Positions 30,467-39,550 of a stretch of 64,000 nt of DNA are shown here, piece by piece. The translations under genes were made by a program, and so were the position numbers. This stretch comes from a virus, in the IMG/VR virus record IMGVR_UViG_3300021197_000864, positions 1 to 64,000 of that record, one strand, 5' to 3'. The notes beneath the pieces are model-generated. The model made no database searches and was not told where the DNA came from. It worked only from the letters and a program-made list of their open reading frames with translations. Positions within the stretch are counted from its first letter, which is position 1; every line of letters begins with the position of its first letter.

Positions 30467-30727
30467 CTATCTATTTTCTTTTGCTTTTTTGTTTCTAGCC
30501 ATTATTTCTGCTAATAAATCCGCTTCGTTTTTCTTTGTTCTTTCTGCCGCCTCTTCATCTTGGGGTAGTTTGGAAGGAGTAGTAGAAACTCTATCCATAG
30601 GTTTTTTGTTTTCTTTTTTCATTTCCCTTAATGTTTTGAAGTCATCTCCATCAATATCTCCATCCTTATCGGCATCTAGTTCCTTTTGTTTTCCTTTTAA
30701 TTTTAGTATCTCTTGCCACTTAGTCAT
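30467..30727 (-). CDS. tagged protein with EF-hand-like loop
   Basis: MTKWQEILK; LDADKDGDIDGDDF; start re-called at ATG 30727. Confidence 0.7.
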   Translation of the reverse strand: MTKWQEILKLKGKQKELDADKDGDIDGDDFKTLREMKKENKKPMDRVSTTPSKLPQDEEAAERTKKNEADLLAEIMARNKKAKENR

Positions 30728-30896
30728 AGTTAAACCTCTCATTCAAATATTCTTTTCTTGTGGAACACCCACAATCTACACCTGTTTTTTCTGAAACATA
30801 ATCAACGGCTTTTTTGATTCCTGTTTTTGTTGTGATTCTTTCAACGGTATCACCTAACCCTCTATCTTGTCTTTTAAGATATCTTTTCCAACTCAT
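30720..30896 (-). CDS. 58-aa tagged protein (not in ORF track)
   Basis: MSWKRYLKRQDRGLGDTVERITTKTGIKKAVDYVSEKTGVDCGCSTRKEYLNERFNYD. Confidence 0.7.
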   Translation of the reverse strand: MSWKRYLKRQDRGLGDTVERITTKTGIKKAVDYVSEKTGVDCGCSTRKEYLNERFNYD

Positions 30897-30906
30897 TTCT
30901 CATCCC

Positions 30907-31443
30907 TCATATTCTATCTAACATCGTATCAAATTCTTTTACATCTTCAAACTCAAAATCTTCCATCATAAATAAATCATCTAAATAAGTTCTAAAATCT
31001 ATTAGCCGTTTAGCAATATCATTCAAAACTCTTCTCATTGCATCATGGTCTTCTTGATTCTTTTCAGTTCTAGGAGTTTTTTTAAATTGTTCTTGAATAA
31101 CCCTAATAGTATCAGCCACATTTTTCATATGTCCTTTTAATTCCTGCATTGCTTCTGTTGATAATTTTGCCTTTATCACGGTAGTTTCTTTACTTAGATG
31201 TTTTAATGCTTCTTGGCTCAACTCATAAAAATGATACAATTTTTTACTTTCACCCTCAACATGTTCTTTACCACTCATTAAAGTTCCATCAGGATGTTTA
31301 TGTGTTTCACCAATATACTGTTCTCCATCTTCAAAGAAATGTCTTTCGCCCTTTCCCTTTTTTACTTCGACTACCATACCATAGGTTTTGCATGGGTCTT
31401 CTCCACAACCACAATTTTTCTTAAGTACATTTTCCCAAGTCAT
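30907..31443 (-). CDS. tagged protein with CGCGEDPC and HKHPDGTLMSG motifs
   Basis: Start re-called at MTWENVLKK. Confidence 0.7.
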   Translation of the reverse strand: MTWENVLKKNCGCGEDPCKTYGMVVEVKKGKGERHFFEDGEQYIGETHKHPDGTLMSGKEHVEGESKKLYHFYELSQEALKHLSKETTVIKAKLSTEAMQELKGHMKNVADTIRVIQEQFKKTPRTEKNQEDHDAMRRVLNDIAKRLIDFRTYLDDLFMMEDFEFEDVKEFDTMLDRI

Positions 31444-32531
31444 ACTACCACCTTCATTATAGTTCTCCAATCTTTAACTTCTCTATCATCACTTGTTAAT
31501 TTTTCATCTTCTTTGGGTTCTTCTTTAACAGGGGGTTTCCAACCTGCAAGTTTAGCCATATGATTAACCTGCCTTCTAGAAATATAAATATAAAAATCTT
31601 CAACAAACCCCGGAGTACCTTTAGCATTCAACAGTGTTTTGACTTTCTCACTTTCAGTATTATTTGCTACATTGATAGGAGTACCCATTAATCTTGTTCT
31701 AGCCCTAGTAGTAGCAAAGTTTCCTGCCTTTGTGGTGAACTCATCATCTCTAACCATAACTTTCATCATTTGTCTAATTTCTGAAATACCCTCATATGCA
31801 AACTTTGCCGCACCTGCCTGTTCTATTTTTACAGGAGCATCTTCTTCAATATGATGTACTACATCTATTATTGCTTTAGCACCTGCTGTAACAACAGCAA
31901 CTAACCCCGGTTTATTAAATGGTGAAAGACTTCCATCACCATAAATTGCTTGCCACATTGGTGGTGTAGCCTCACCCTTACTTGTATCCCACCAAGAATC
32001 ATCTGCTGCTCTAACACTTTCAACTTTGTTTTTATAGTCAGTTCTATATTCAATATAATCATCAGTTCTATAATGACCATATATTGTTTTCTTTACTGGT
32101 TTTTTAGTTCTAGGTCTAATACCTACAATACCCTCGAATGCAATATTTCTAGGATTCAAATCACTATCCGTTGCCCCATGTTCGTTTAACTTACCTATTA
32201 TCGCTTTAAACTCTTTAGATTCCTGTGGACTGAAAGTAGGTTGTTTCGCCATCCTTTCTAAAAGTTCTATCTCTTTAGCCAAACCCGGTGTTTCTTTTGG
32301 ACCTGAATTACCCATTATTCTACCATCAATACCATGTCGCATTAGAATATCATAAAGAGTTCCCTTGAATCTAGTTACACCCATACTTGCTGCTGAAACT
32401 CCTTTAGCGGCAGTTTTCCAATCATTAAATAATTTAGAAAACTCTTCACCTGAATACTCTACGCGAGATTTACCAGTACCCATTGAAATAACAGGTTCAA
32501 CTTTCTTTAGTGGTTTTTTTCTTTTTGCCAC
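31440..32531 (-). CDS. hypothetical protein with C-terminal tag
   Basis: Ends DWRTIMKVVV. Confidence 0.7.
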   Translation of the reverse strand: MAKRKKPLKKVEPVISMGTGKSRVEYSGEEFSKLFNDWKTAAKGVSAASMGVTRFKGTLYDILMRHGIDGRIMGNSGPKETPGLAKEIELLERMAKQPTFSPQESKEFKAIIGKLNEHGATDSDLNPRNIAFEGIVGIRPRTKKPVKKTIYGHYRTDDYIEYRTDYKNKVESVRAADDSWWDTSKGEATPPMWQAIYGDGSLSPFNKPGLVAVVTAGAKAIIDVVHHIEEDAPVKIEQAGAAKFAYEGISEIRQMMKVMVRDDEFTTKAGNFATTRARTRLMGTPINVANNTESEKVKTLLNAKGTPGFVEDFYIYISRRQVNHMAKLAGWKPPVKEEPKEDEKLTSDDREVKDWRTIMKVVV

Positions 32532-32646
32532 GCTTTACCCTCCTATTAACAGTTTTATTATTAAAAAGAGGACTTGTAGCGGCAGAAGTAGTAGAAACTG
32601 TGCCTGTCATTTTTAATTGTTCAAACCAATCTGATAACTTTTCCAA
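32497..32646 (-). CDS. 49-aa tagged basic peptide (not in ORF track)
   Basis: TTG start behind GAGGTGG; MEKLSDWFEQLKMTGTVSTT...RGKKKKTTKES. Confidence 0.55.
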   Translation of the reverse strand: MEKLSDWFEQLKMTGTVSTTSAATSPLFNNKTVNRRVKRGKKKKTTKES

Positions 32647-32647
32647 A

Positions 32648-32785
32648 TTACCACCTCAATATACTTACTAGCCACCTCAAAAGATTTTTACGAGCCTTTG
32701 GTGGATTTAACTCAATTACTTCCTCTTCTTCAAATAAAGAGTTCATAAGATTGTCATGGTTGTGACATTCTAACATCGAATCCAA
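32648..32785 (-). CDS. 45-aa micro-ORF
   Basis: TTG start behind GGGAG; fills gap exactly. Confidence 0.45.
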   Translation of the reverse strand: MDSMLECHNHDNLMNSLFEEEEVIELNPPKARKNLLRWLVSILRW

Positions 32786-32786
32786 T

Positions 32787-33473
32787 TTACTCCCTCTTAA
32801 TGGTATCTTTCCAATCTAATGATTTGTATTCTCTCATTTTATCCTGCCAAGTTTCTACATCTTCTATAACAAACTCATCTGATACATCTTTTGGAGGGTC
32901 AGGGTCAACAGCAGTTAAATCCTCTAATCCACCCATATCTTTTATTTGTTCAACAATTAACATATCGTATGCTCTAATGAAGGTATGTCCTACATAATTC
33001 TTAAACTCAGATGATTCTGATATTTGTTTTAAAGCATGGTTAATAAGCCGTTTTAACTCAAGTTGCTCAGTATTAGATAATTCCCCTTCCTTAACTTTTT
33101 GTAATATTTTTTCTTTTATCTTACCATCCATTTCTGCTGCTGCTGCATCAAATAGACCTATTTCTTCTAATTGTTTTATTGTTTCTGCACCTAAATCCTT
33201 AGTTGATGTATCTAAAGACATAGGTTCTTCATTTTCATCTAATTCTTCCATCTGCTCTTTAGCAGCCTGTAAAGAAAGGGTTAATGGTTCTCCTAGTATT
33301 GGTACAACGAATGAAACTAAAGTTTCTTCTGTTAGTCCACCAACAGTAAACTTATTGAAATCTTCTAATGCTAAACCCGATAAATCCAAAGCAGTTTCTT
33401 CTACAAATCCACCTAATCTATTGAATATAGGTAAGAAACCAGTAGAAGATAATACAGTACGATAATCAACCAT
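32787..33473 (-). CDS. acidic hypothetical protein with C-terminal tag
   Basis: Likely start MVDYR at 33473; ends LDWKDTIKRE. Confidence 0.7.
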   Translation of the reverse strand: MVDYRTVLSSTGFLPIFNRLGGFVEETALDLSGLALEDFNKFTVGGLTEETLVSFVVPILGEPLTLSLQAAKEQMEELDENEEPMSLDTSTKDLGAETIKQLEEIGLFDAAAAEMDGKIKEKILQKVKEGELSNTEQLELKRLINHALKQISESSEFKNYVGHTFIRAYDMLIVEQIKDMGGLEDLTAVDPDPPKDVSDEFVIEDVETWQDKMREYKSLDWKDTIKRE

Positions 33474-33533
33474 TAGACCACAACCCGCTATCACTAGCAA
33501 GCAGTCAACATTGGCTAAAGGATATAATGCTGC

Positions 33534-33680
33534 CTATTCTTCTTCCAAAATATGATACATTCCTAACCATTCTAAGAAAGCAACTTTCATGGGTTTTTCT
33601 GTATTCCAATTCTTTTTACCATCTATGTAATAGGGGTTTGAAAAACCTAATAATTGTGCTTCCCAATAATCCCAATCCAT
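33534..33680 (-). CDS. 48-aa micro-ORF
   Basis: MDWDYWEAQLLGFSNPYYIDG...; abuts upstream stop. Confidence 0.5.
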   Translation of the reverse strand: MDWDYWEAQLLGFSNPYYIDGKKNWNTEKPMKVAFLEWLGMYHILEEE

Positions 33681-33681
33681 A

Positions 33682-34440
33682 CTAATTCCATTTAAATTCT
33701 ATATCCTTATAATGTTTTTTAATTTGTTTTAGAGCATCATCAATTCTATATTCCTCTATTGGCACACTCCCCCACTCAATTACACCTAATGTTATGCTAT
33801 TACTCATATGAAACTCATAGGGGTATTTATCTGAATGTATGTGAAGACCTTTTCTTTTACTTACACCATCTCTTAAACTTAAATTTACCAAATTTTCACC
33901 ATAATATTCTCTAGGGTCATAATATATTTCCCAATCACCAACCTTATATGTTTCTTTGATAAAACTACCACCATTGACGACAGTAGGTACTTGAGCAATT
34001 AAATCTAAAGCACGACAATAAACTTCTTCAGGAATTTGTTCTGCTTGTTTATTCATTGTGTATCTTGTTTCCTCTACTGTTATTGTTATTCTACTTTTTT
34101 TCTTAACATCTTTAATTTGTGCATTTGTACCAGTATTAGGATATATATAAAATTGAGATACAAAATGGTCAGGGCCACGTTTTTCAACATAACCTGTGGG
34201 AGATGGTTCTCTAGTAACGCGATAATATTCAATTCCTCCATCTTTCCCTTCATTACTAACTTTATCGAATATACTATTATCATCATACAGTGGGGTATTT
34301 TGTATTTTATTTTGTAGTGCGAACATTCTATCTTTACAGTCATCTTTATCTTCATCAGGTTTGTTTACATCAAAAGGTTTCACTTTGAACTTAGGTAAGT
34401 TAACTGTTCTCATCTCATTTTTAAGAATATCAAACCACAT
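33682..34440 (-). CDS. paralogue family member 3
   Basis: WFDILKNEMRxxNLPKFKVKPF...CKDR, IPEEVYC. Confidence 0.8.
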   Translation of the reverse strand: MWFDILKNEMRTVNLPKFKVKPFDVNKPDEDKDDCKDRMFALQNKIQNTPLYDDNSIFDKVSNEGKDGGIEYYRVTREPSPTGYVEKRGPDHFVSQFYIYPNTGTNAQIKDVKKKSRITITVEETRYTMNKQAEQIPEEVYCRALDLIAQVPTVVNGGSFIKETYKVGDWEIYYDPREYYGENLVNLSLRDGVSKRKGLHIHSDKYPYEFHMSNSITLGVIEWGSVPIEEYRIDDALKQIKKHYKDIEFKWN

Positions 34441-34444
34441 ATAA

Positions 34445-35197
34445 TCACCATTCTATTTTTATATCTTCAAAATGTCTTTCTATTTTAATCAATGCCGCAG
34501 AAATACCGTTAAACCATTTCGGTAGCATCTTTACCCTCTCCACATAGTCCCCAAAATTTGTCGTACGCACTCTTACCGTGTTCCAAAGTGTAATATAATT
34601 TACTCCACCCTTTTTTATAGTAATCACTCTACGTTTAATCAAACGTATCCCTAGCGATTCTTCCATCACACGGTCAATATTTTTATATTTTATTTTCCAA
34701 TCACCTACACTCTCTTCGACATATGTTCCATACCTTTGTGGAGAACCCTGACTAATCATATCTAACGCCTTACAATAAACTTCTTCGGGTATTTCGTTAA
34801 CATCTTGTTCTTTATCTTGGTCGTTATCTTCTATTATACGTACCTCAACAAATGTATCAGGGTCGGCAAACCCATCACTTAGTGTAGGATATAAATTTAA
34901 TGTTGCATAAAAAAGGTCGTCATCATCTGTTATGGAGTCACCCATTCTAAATACAAAACCACCTTGTTCTGCCATTTTTTCAATATCATCAAATAAACTT
35001 TGTATGCTACCTTTTGGATTATTGTGAATAAGTTTTGTTTGTTCTGATTTTTTCCATACTTCATTTAAGAATCTATCTTTACAATCATTATCTTCTTCAT
35101 CAGGTTTATTTAAATTAAAAGGTTTAACTTTAAACTTGGGTAAATTAATACTCCGCATTTCATTTTTAAGAATATTAAACCAAGTCATATAGGCCAC
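34445..35197 (-). CDS. paralogue family member 2
   Basis: Same conserved blocks. Confidence 0.8.
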   Translation of the reverse strand: MAYMTWFNILKNEMRSINLPKFKVKPFNLNKPDEEDNDCKDRFLNEVWKKSEQTKLIHNNPKGSIQSLFDDIEKMAEQGGFVFRMGDSITDDDDLFYATLNLYPTLSDGFADPDTFVEVRIIEDNDQDKEQDVNEIPEEVYCKALDMISQGSPQRYGTYVEESVGDWKIKYKNIDRVMEESLGIRLIKRRVITIKKGGVNYITLWNTVRVRTTNFGDYVERVKMLPKWFNGISAALIKIERHFEDIKIEW

Positions 35198-35841
35198 CTC
35201 ATTTCATCTGCTAACTTGCTAAGTTCCTCATCAATAAACTCTGATTGTTTACCATCCACATGAAATAAAGTTTGAACATTACTACCTTCATTTAGTTTAT
35301 AATCAGACCATTCAGACCAAAATAACTGTAAACCTACCCACAAAACAATGATACCGATATCGTTCCTAATTTCAATGTCTTGTTGAATACCCGAGGTATT
35401 TCTTAGTTTAACTGCCATTATTCGATAGCCCGTTCCACCAACATTGTCCTCATCTTTGTATTTAAAATTAGCACCACTTAACATATCCAACAGTCTACAA
35501 AATACTTCTTCAGGTATGCTATTGAAGTCACCTTCTTTAGATATAGATGCTTCTCTCTTAACTACATTAACAGAAGCGTGAAGTTTTGCATTTAATTTTT
35601 TACCACCATAAGTAATTTCATTTCCATAATATGTGGTTTCTTTTTTAACCTTGACAAACTCTTGGCCTATTTCATTAGGGAATTGAAAATTCTCAGTAAA
35701 ATTAGCAATTTCCATAATTTTATCTTTACATCTAGTATCTTCTTCGTTCGGCTTTGGAGTATTGAACGGTTTAACTTTGAACTTAGGTAAATTAACCAAT
35801 TTGTTCTGTTTTATAACATTCCACCAATTACTCACGGCCAA
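35185..35841 (-). CDS. paralogue family member 1
   Basis: WWNVIKQ...NLPKFKVKPF...CKDK, IPEEVFC. Confidence 0.8.
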   Translation of the reverse strand: MAVSNWWNVIKQNKLVNLPKFKVKPFNTPKPNEEDTRCKDKIMEIANFTENFQFPNEIGQEFVKVKKETTYYGNEITYGGKKLNAKLHASVNVVKREASISKEGDFNSIPEEVFCRLLDMLSGANFKYKDEDNVGGTGYRIMAVKLRNTSGIQQDIEIRNDIGIIVLWVGLQLFWSEWSDYKLNEGSNVQTLFHVDGKQSEFIDEELSKLADEMRWPI

Positions 35842-36059
35842 ATCTCCCTACAAAATCAATTACCCAAATCGCCCAGTTAGGCAATATGTGAATGAAGGCG
35901 GCAGGTATCATACTTTAGCCTCTTCTATCCGGTTTAAAATGTTAACCCCGTAATTTGTCGAAAAATGGGCGGTCATTTTTTTACCACTTGCGATTTTTTT
36001 TATTTTTAAAACAATGCATTCCCGATATAAGATTGTACAGTTAGCACATTTTATAGTTC

Positions 36060-36108
36060 CTACAAATACCACAATTAGAATTTTGTTGCTACAAATACCA
36101 CAATTAGA
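36060..36108. repeat. 20-bp direct repeat x2
   Basis: ctacaaataccacaattaga at 36060 and 36089. Confidence 0.9.
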
Positions 36109-36291
36109 TTATGTCTGTATCTTTATGCAAGAGCGTTTTTTTATTCTATTATATTTATATTCCCTTCTATTTAATTAAATATAGTGCCTTTTGTACTAAA
36201 TAAGATAAAATTAATCACAGTAAAAAAATCTTTTTGATTGTTTTATAAAAAAAAATTTGAACCCTGCTACGCACCCATACCCCAATTACTA

Positions 36292-36330
36292 CCCATATGG
36301 TACGGTATAAAAAACGTACAACCATATGGT
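36292..36330. promoter_or_regulatory. two CCATATGG palindromes (copy with CTTTG flank at 36321)
   Basis: cccatatggt 36292-36301; accatatggt 36321-36330. Confidence 0.7.
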
Positions 36331-36371
36331 ATGCGCTTTGCCGCAGACCTCATAAAAATAAAGAAAAATCG

Positions 36372-36790
36372 GGTTAAGAGGTTAAACACACTTAATGAGA
36401 AGATAGTTTACCTACTGCCATGGTCTAGAGGTTTCTATCTTAACTAGTAAATGTTTTTGTTTAACATTAACCGTCTTTTCTTGGGCTGGTACTTGTACCG
36501 TTTTTAACTTACAGACCTTTGAATTTATAATAAGGCGGAACTGCTTTCATATCCTATTGTCCCTAAAGCACTCATGCATTAGTGGTTTACCTTTCGGTTA
36601 GGAACTCATAAACGTGGTTCAGTTTTAAGGAGTATCACCTCTTTGATACTCACACCTTATTCTTAATCTCTCTACTCTACCTAACTTCAGTGGCTTGAAC
36701 AGGGTTGCGTACCTATTAACAAACATTAGGCTTGAATCCACAAACAATCTAATCTAACCGTAAGCCGATTAAATCCCTCATGTATAATCA
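36372..36790. ncRNA. candidate structured RNA/UTR
   Basis: No credible ORF; stems 36372-36388/36458-36472 and gagtatca/tgatactc 36630-36651. Confidence 0.3.
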
Positions 36791-36804
36791 AGAGAACTCG
36801 AATC

Positions 36805-36996
36805 TTATATTCCACCTGCTGACTGATTACGATAAATTGTAATAGCCTTTCTAAACTTAGCAGGTTTAAAATTCTTATTTGTTTTTGTTAGTTTTTCAAT
36901 TATGATATCTACCTTATCAGGTGGTACATCTATTTCAACAATCATACATACTAACCATTCAAAATGTTTCTTTGTGAATAATGAATACATACTCAT
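36805..36996 (-). CDS. hypothetical protein
   Basis: TNKNFKPAKFRKA, GAGG RBS, coupled stop/start. Confidence 0.65.
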   Translation of the reverse strand: MSMYSLFTKKHFEWLVCMIVEIDVPPDKVDIIIEKLTKTNKNFKPAKFRKAITIYRNQSAGGI

Positions 36997-37139
36997 TGTA
37001 TTCGCCTCTCACCTAAATAGAAAGCCCCTCTATTTGGTACTACCAAATAGATTACTTGCCATATTTTTCCACCAATAACAACATAACCCAATGAGTTGTA
37101 TTCATATCTATTCCTACTCATAAAACTATAATCTCTCAT
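36993..37139 (-). CDS. hypothetical microprotein
   Basis: Start re-called at ATG 37139 behind GGAGG. Confidence 0.5.
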   Translation of the reverse strand: MRDYSFMSRNRYEYNSLGYVVIGGKIWQVIYLVVPNRGAFYLGERRIQ

Positions 37140-37140
37140 T

Positions 37141-37311
37141 TTAGTATTCCTCCGTATAAAAATCAAACCACATACCACGCTTACTCAAATCTGAACAAGT
37201 TGAACCACTTGTTTCAGGGTCTTGACAATGTGATTGTGCTTCTTCAAGAGTTAGTCCTGTTTTAATTGTTTTATTATTTCCTTCAAAGTAACTCCTTACT
37301 ACTTTATACAT
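37141..37311 (-). CDS. 56-aa protein (not in ORF track)
   Basis: MYKVVRSYF...GLTLEEAQSHCQDPETSGSTC...WFDFYTEEY. Confidence 0.65.
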   Translation of the reverse strand: MYKVVRSYFEGNNKTIKTGLTLEEAQSHCQDPETSGSTCSDLSKRGMWFDFYTEEY

Positions 37312-37478
37312 TATATCACATCCAAAGGTAGATTAACACCACAATTCTCATTTATACATATATACCAAACTGTTGACATTGGTTTTCTAGTGAACATATT
37401 AATATCACTTCTTTTGTATGTGCAATCATTTTCAATTGCTGAACCACATTCACCACATTTCATACTATATTCTAACAT
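37311..37478 (-). CDS. 55-aa Zn-ribbon microprotein
   Basis: CGECG...CINENCG; TAATG coupling. Confidence 0.6.
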   Translation of the reverse strand: MLEYSMKCGECGSAIENDCTYKRSDINMFTRKPMSTVWYICINENCGVNLPLDVI

Positions 37479-37480
37479 AC

Positions 37481-37552
37481 TTATTCCTCCTCATCATAAG
37501 GTTCATCTAAATATTCATGGTCATATGAAGTCATACTATCAGGATAAGGCAT
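37481..37552 (-). CDS. 23-aa acidic peptide
   Basis: MPYPDSMTSYDHEYLDEPYDEEE; GGTGAGG RBS, TAATG coupling. Confidence 0.45.
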   Translation of the reverse strand: MPYPDSMTSYDHEYLDEPYDEEE

Positions 37553-37653
37553 TATTCCTCACCCCTTTGTAATGATAGTGTAACTTCTTCGCCACATTTA
37601 CGACAATATAATTTATTTGCTGATATTATTTTACCACATATACATTCATTCAT
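37552..37653 (-). CDS. 33-aa Zn-finger micropeptide
   Basis: MNECICGKIISANKLYCRKCGEE; ATGA overlap. Confidence 0.5.
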   Translation of the reverse strand: MNECICGKIISANKLYCRKCGEEVTLSLQRGEE

Positions 37654-38426
37654 TCTTCATCACCATGTTTTAATCTTGCTTCTCTAGTTAATGCTACAAT
37701 ATCAGGACTACATTCTGTCTTTGATTCTGTAACATGCTCAAAATAACATTCTAGTTCAGGTTCTTGTGAAAAGTTAATTTCTTCATCTGCAACATCTCTA
37801 AAACATTGTTGGAAAGCACTTTCAAATATATGTTGAATTAAACCAACATCAGAAATAATATTATCAACCATTCTTTCTTTAATAGTAGCGGCTTTCTTTA
37901 CTCTTGCAGATTCCCAACTAATATTAAATGTTAATATTAGACCATCACTTGAATTTGTAAGTTTAGAAACTAAAACAACTTTTTCATCATCAGGAATAGA
38001 ATATTGAAGAAAATGTCCTTTAATATAATTATGATTAGAATTACCTACAAACTTAGATAATTCCTCAGTAGCCATATTTGTAAAATTAATTTGATTACCT
38101 TTTGGTTCATGCCAAAGTGTATTGATAACCTCTTCAGTAGTAGTATTTAACTCAACATTTTCCCATCCATTATCTTTCATATTTTCAACTATACCAGCAG
38201 ATATATATTGATATGGTGAAGTAAACATTATTCTACCATCAACTACACATTCAGATACAACAGTTGATTTTATTTTATCATATTTACCAACGGGAGATGT
38301 TTCATACATATTAGATACATTAATACCCCAATCATCTAATGCGTGTAATAACTCATAATAATGATAATCTTTCAGTTTCGTGTTTGCATATTTCATGTTC
38401 ATTGTTCTTTTGTATGTTATACTCAT
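37650..38426 (-). CDS. hypothetical protein
   Basis: 258 aa ORF. Confidence 0.75.
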   Translation of the reverse strand: MSITYKRTMNMKYANTKLKDYHYYELLHALDDWGINVSNMYETSPVGKYDKIKSTVVSECVVDGRIMFTSPYQYISAGIVENMKDNGWENVELNTTTEEVINTLWHEPKGNQINFTNMATEELSKFVGNSNHNYIKGHFLQYSIPDDEKVVLVSKLTNSSDGLILTFNISWESARVKKAATIKERMVDNIISDVGLIQHIFESAFQQCFRDVADEEINFSQEPELECYFEHVTESKTECSPDIVALTREARLKHGDEE

Positions 38427-38621
38427 TTATTTCAACTCCATTGTTTGAAAGGCTTTCAACCCTGCTGATAATTCAGAAAAACATTCTGCGAAATCATCAC
38501 CTTGTACAGTCAATTCCTTAATGACTAGTATTTGGGCTGAACCTGATTTCATATGTCCTACTGATAACTTATATCTGTAAGGTTTTGTTTCTTGTATTGT
38601 ATTATTAGTTGTTTGCGTCAT
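38427..38621 (-). CDS. hypothetical protein
   Basis: First gene behind palindrome/TATA promoter. Confidence 0.65.
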   Translation of the reverse strand: MTQTTNNTIQETKPYRYKLSVGHMKSGSAQILVIKELTVQGDDFAECFSELSAGLKAFQTMELK

Positions 38622-38645
38622 AATTTATCACTTTATACATCAGTC

Positions 38646-38692
38646 ATAGGGTATTTAACTGGTAGCAGTCAAAGCACTACCATATGGTTGTA
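38646..38692 (-). promoter_or_regulatory. palindrome-CTTTG-TATA promoter
   Basis: Minus strand: TACAACCATATGGT agtg CTTTG n11 TTAAATACCCTAT. Confidence 0.7.
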
Positions 38693-38776
38693 ATATTTGC
38701 TTTGCGGTATTATAACCTTAAAAAGGGCATTTCTGCCCAATTAAGGTGTTAAGTAGGGTTGAAACTACCTAACTAT

Positions 38777-39298
38777 TTATTCTTCCTCCTGAGAAGAAGC
38801 ATTTACCAAAACAACGGGTGATTCCCCGTTCCAAAGGTAAGGCGCGTTATCTGTATTTTTGGTAAAATCTGAATATGCTTTATTCATCATTTGTCTACGG
38901 CTTGCGGTATTTGCATCAGCAAACTCAGTTGCATCAGTATAATTTCCGCCACCGGATTTACCGTGTCTCATTTCTAGTGTGCGTATTGATTCGTTTTCAT
39001 TGAAAAGTACAACCATTGCAGCATGATAAGCGGATAAAACCGCATCTCTTGCAATAAGTACAGCATCAGGCATAGTTGAACCTCTACCTGACCTAAATGG
39101 CTTGTCTGCGATATCTGCGAAACATGTTCTGATAGCCCCATAGAGAGCATCTCTAGACTCAGGTTTCTTATCAGCAGCAGCGATTAATTGCGGTACTGCA
39201 ATTAACTCGATATTCTGTTGCCAATCAGGATGGCTTTCAAACCATGCCTCAATTAGTGTTTTCTTACTTTCCCATTGTTCATTTGTCATATCTGTCAT
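38777..39298 (-). CDS. early protein, paralogue A
   Basis: QLIAAADKKPE, PFRSGRG, HGKS, WNG, SSQEEE; start likely 39298. Confidence 0.8.
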   Translation of the reverse strand: MTDMTNEQWESKKTLIEAWFESHPDWQQNIELIAVPQLIAAADKKPESRDALYGAIRTCFADIADKPFRSGRGSTMPDAVLIARDAVLSAYHAAMVVLFNENESIRTLEMRHGKSGGGNYTDATEFADANTASRRQMMNKAYSDFTKNTDNAPYLWNGESPVVLVNASSQEEE

Positions 39299-39367
39299 AA
39301 TAATTCCTCTTTTTATCTCCTTAGTTAAGTATCTATTCAACCCCACTTAACATAATATACAGTGGAT

Positions 39368-39492
39368 ATAGGGTACTTAAGGGTGTTCTCAAAGTACCAC
39401 ACCATATGGTTGTAATACATAATATTTCATTATACATTTAAATAAATACTACCATATGGTTCTACTTTGATAGAACCCTTTAATAAGCCCTA
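39368..39492. promoter_or_regulatory. divergent double promoter with two ACCATATGGT palindromes
   Basis: Palindromes 39401-39410 and 39451-39460, each followed outward by CTTTG and TTAAGTACCCTA / TTAATAAGCCCTA. Confidence 0.75.
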
Positions 39493-39550
39493 CATCGGCT
39501 ATTATTATGCTCACAAAGGCAATCAGTTAATGATAATAAAGGTGTTAAAA

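Noticed and set aside
736-35953. Plus-strand ORFs in the left arm
   Set aside because: Antisense shadows of well-supported minus-strand genes; no RBS or motifs
36060-36108. Mini-CRISPR array
   Set aside because: Only two 20-bp repeats with a 9-bp spacer
36238-36447. 69-aa plus-strand ORF
   Set aside because: TTG start without RBS, spans regulatory palindromes; likely spurious
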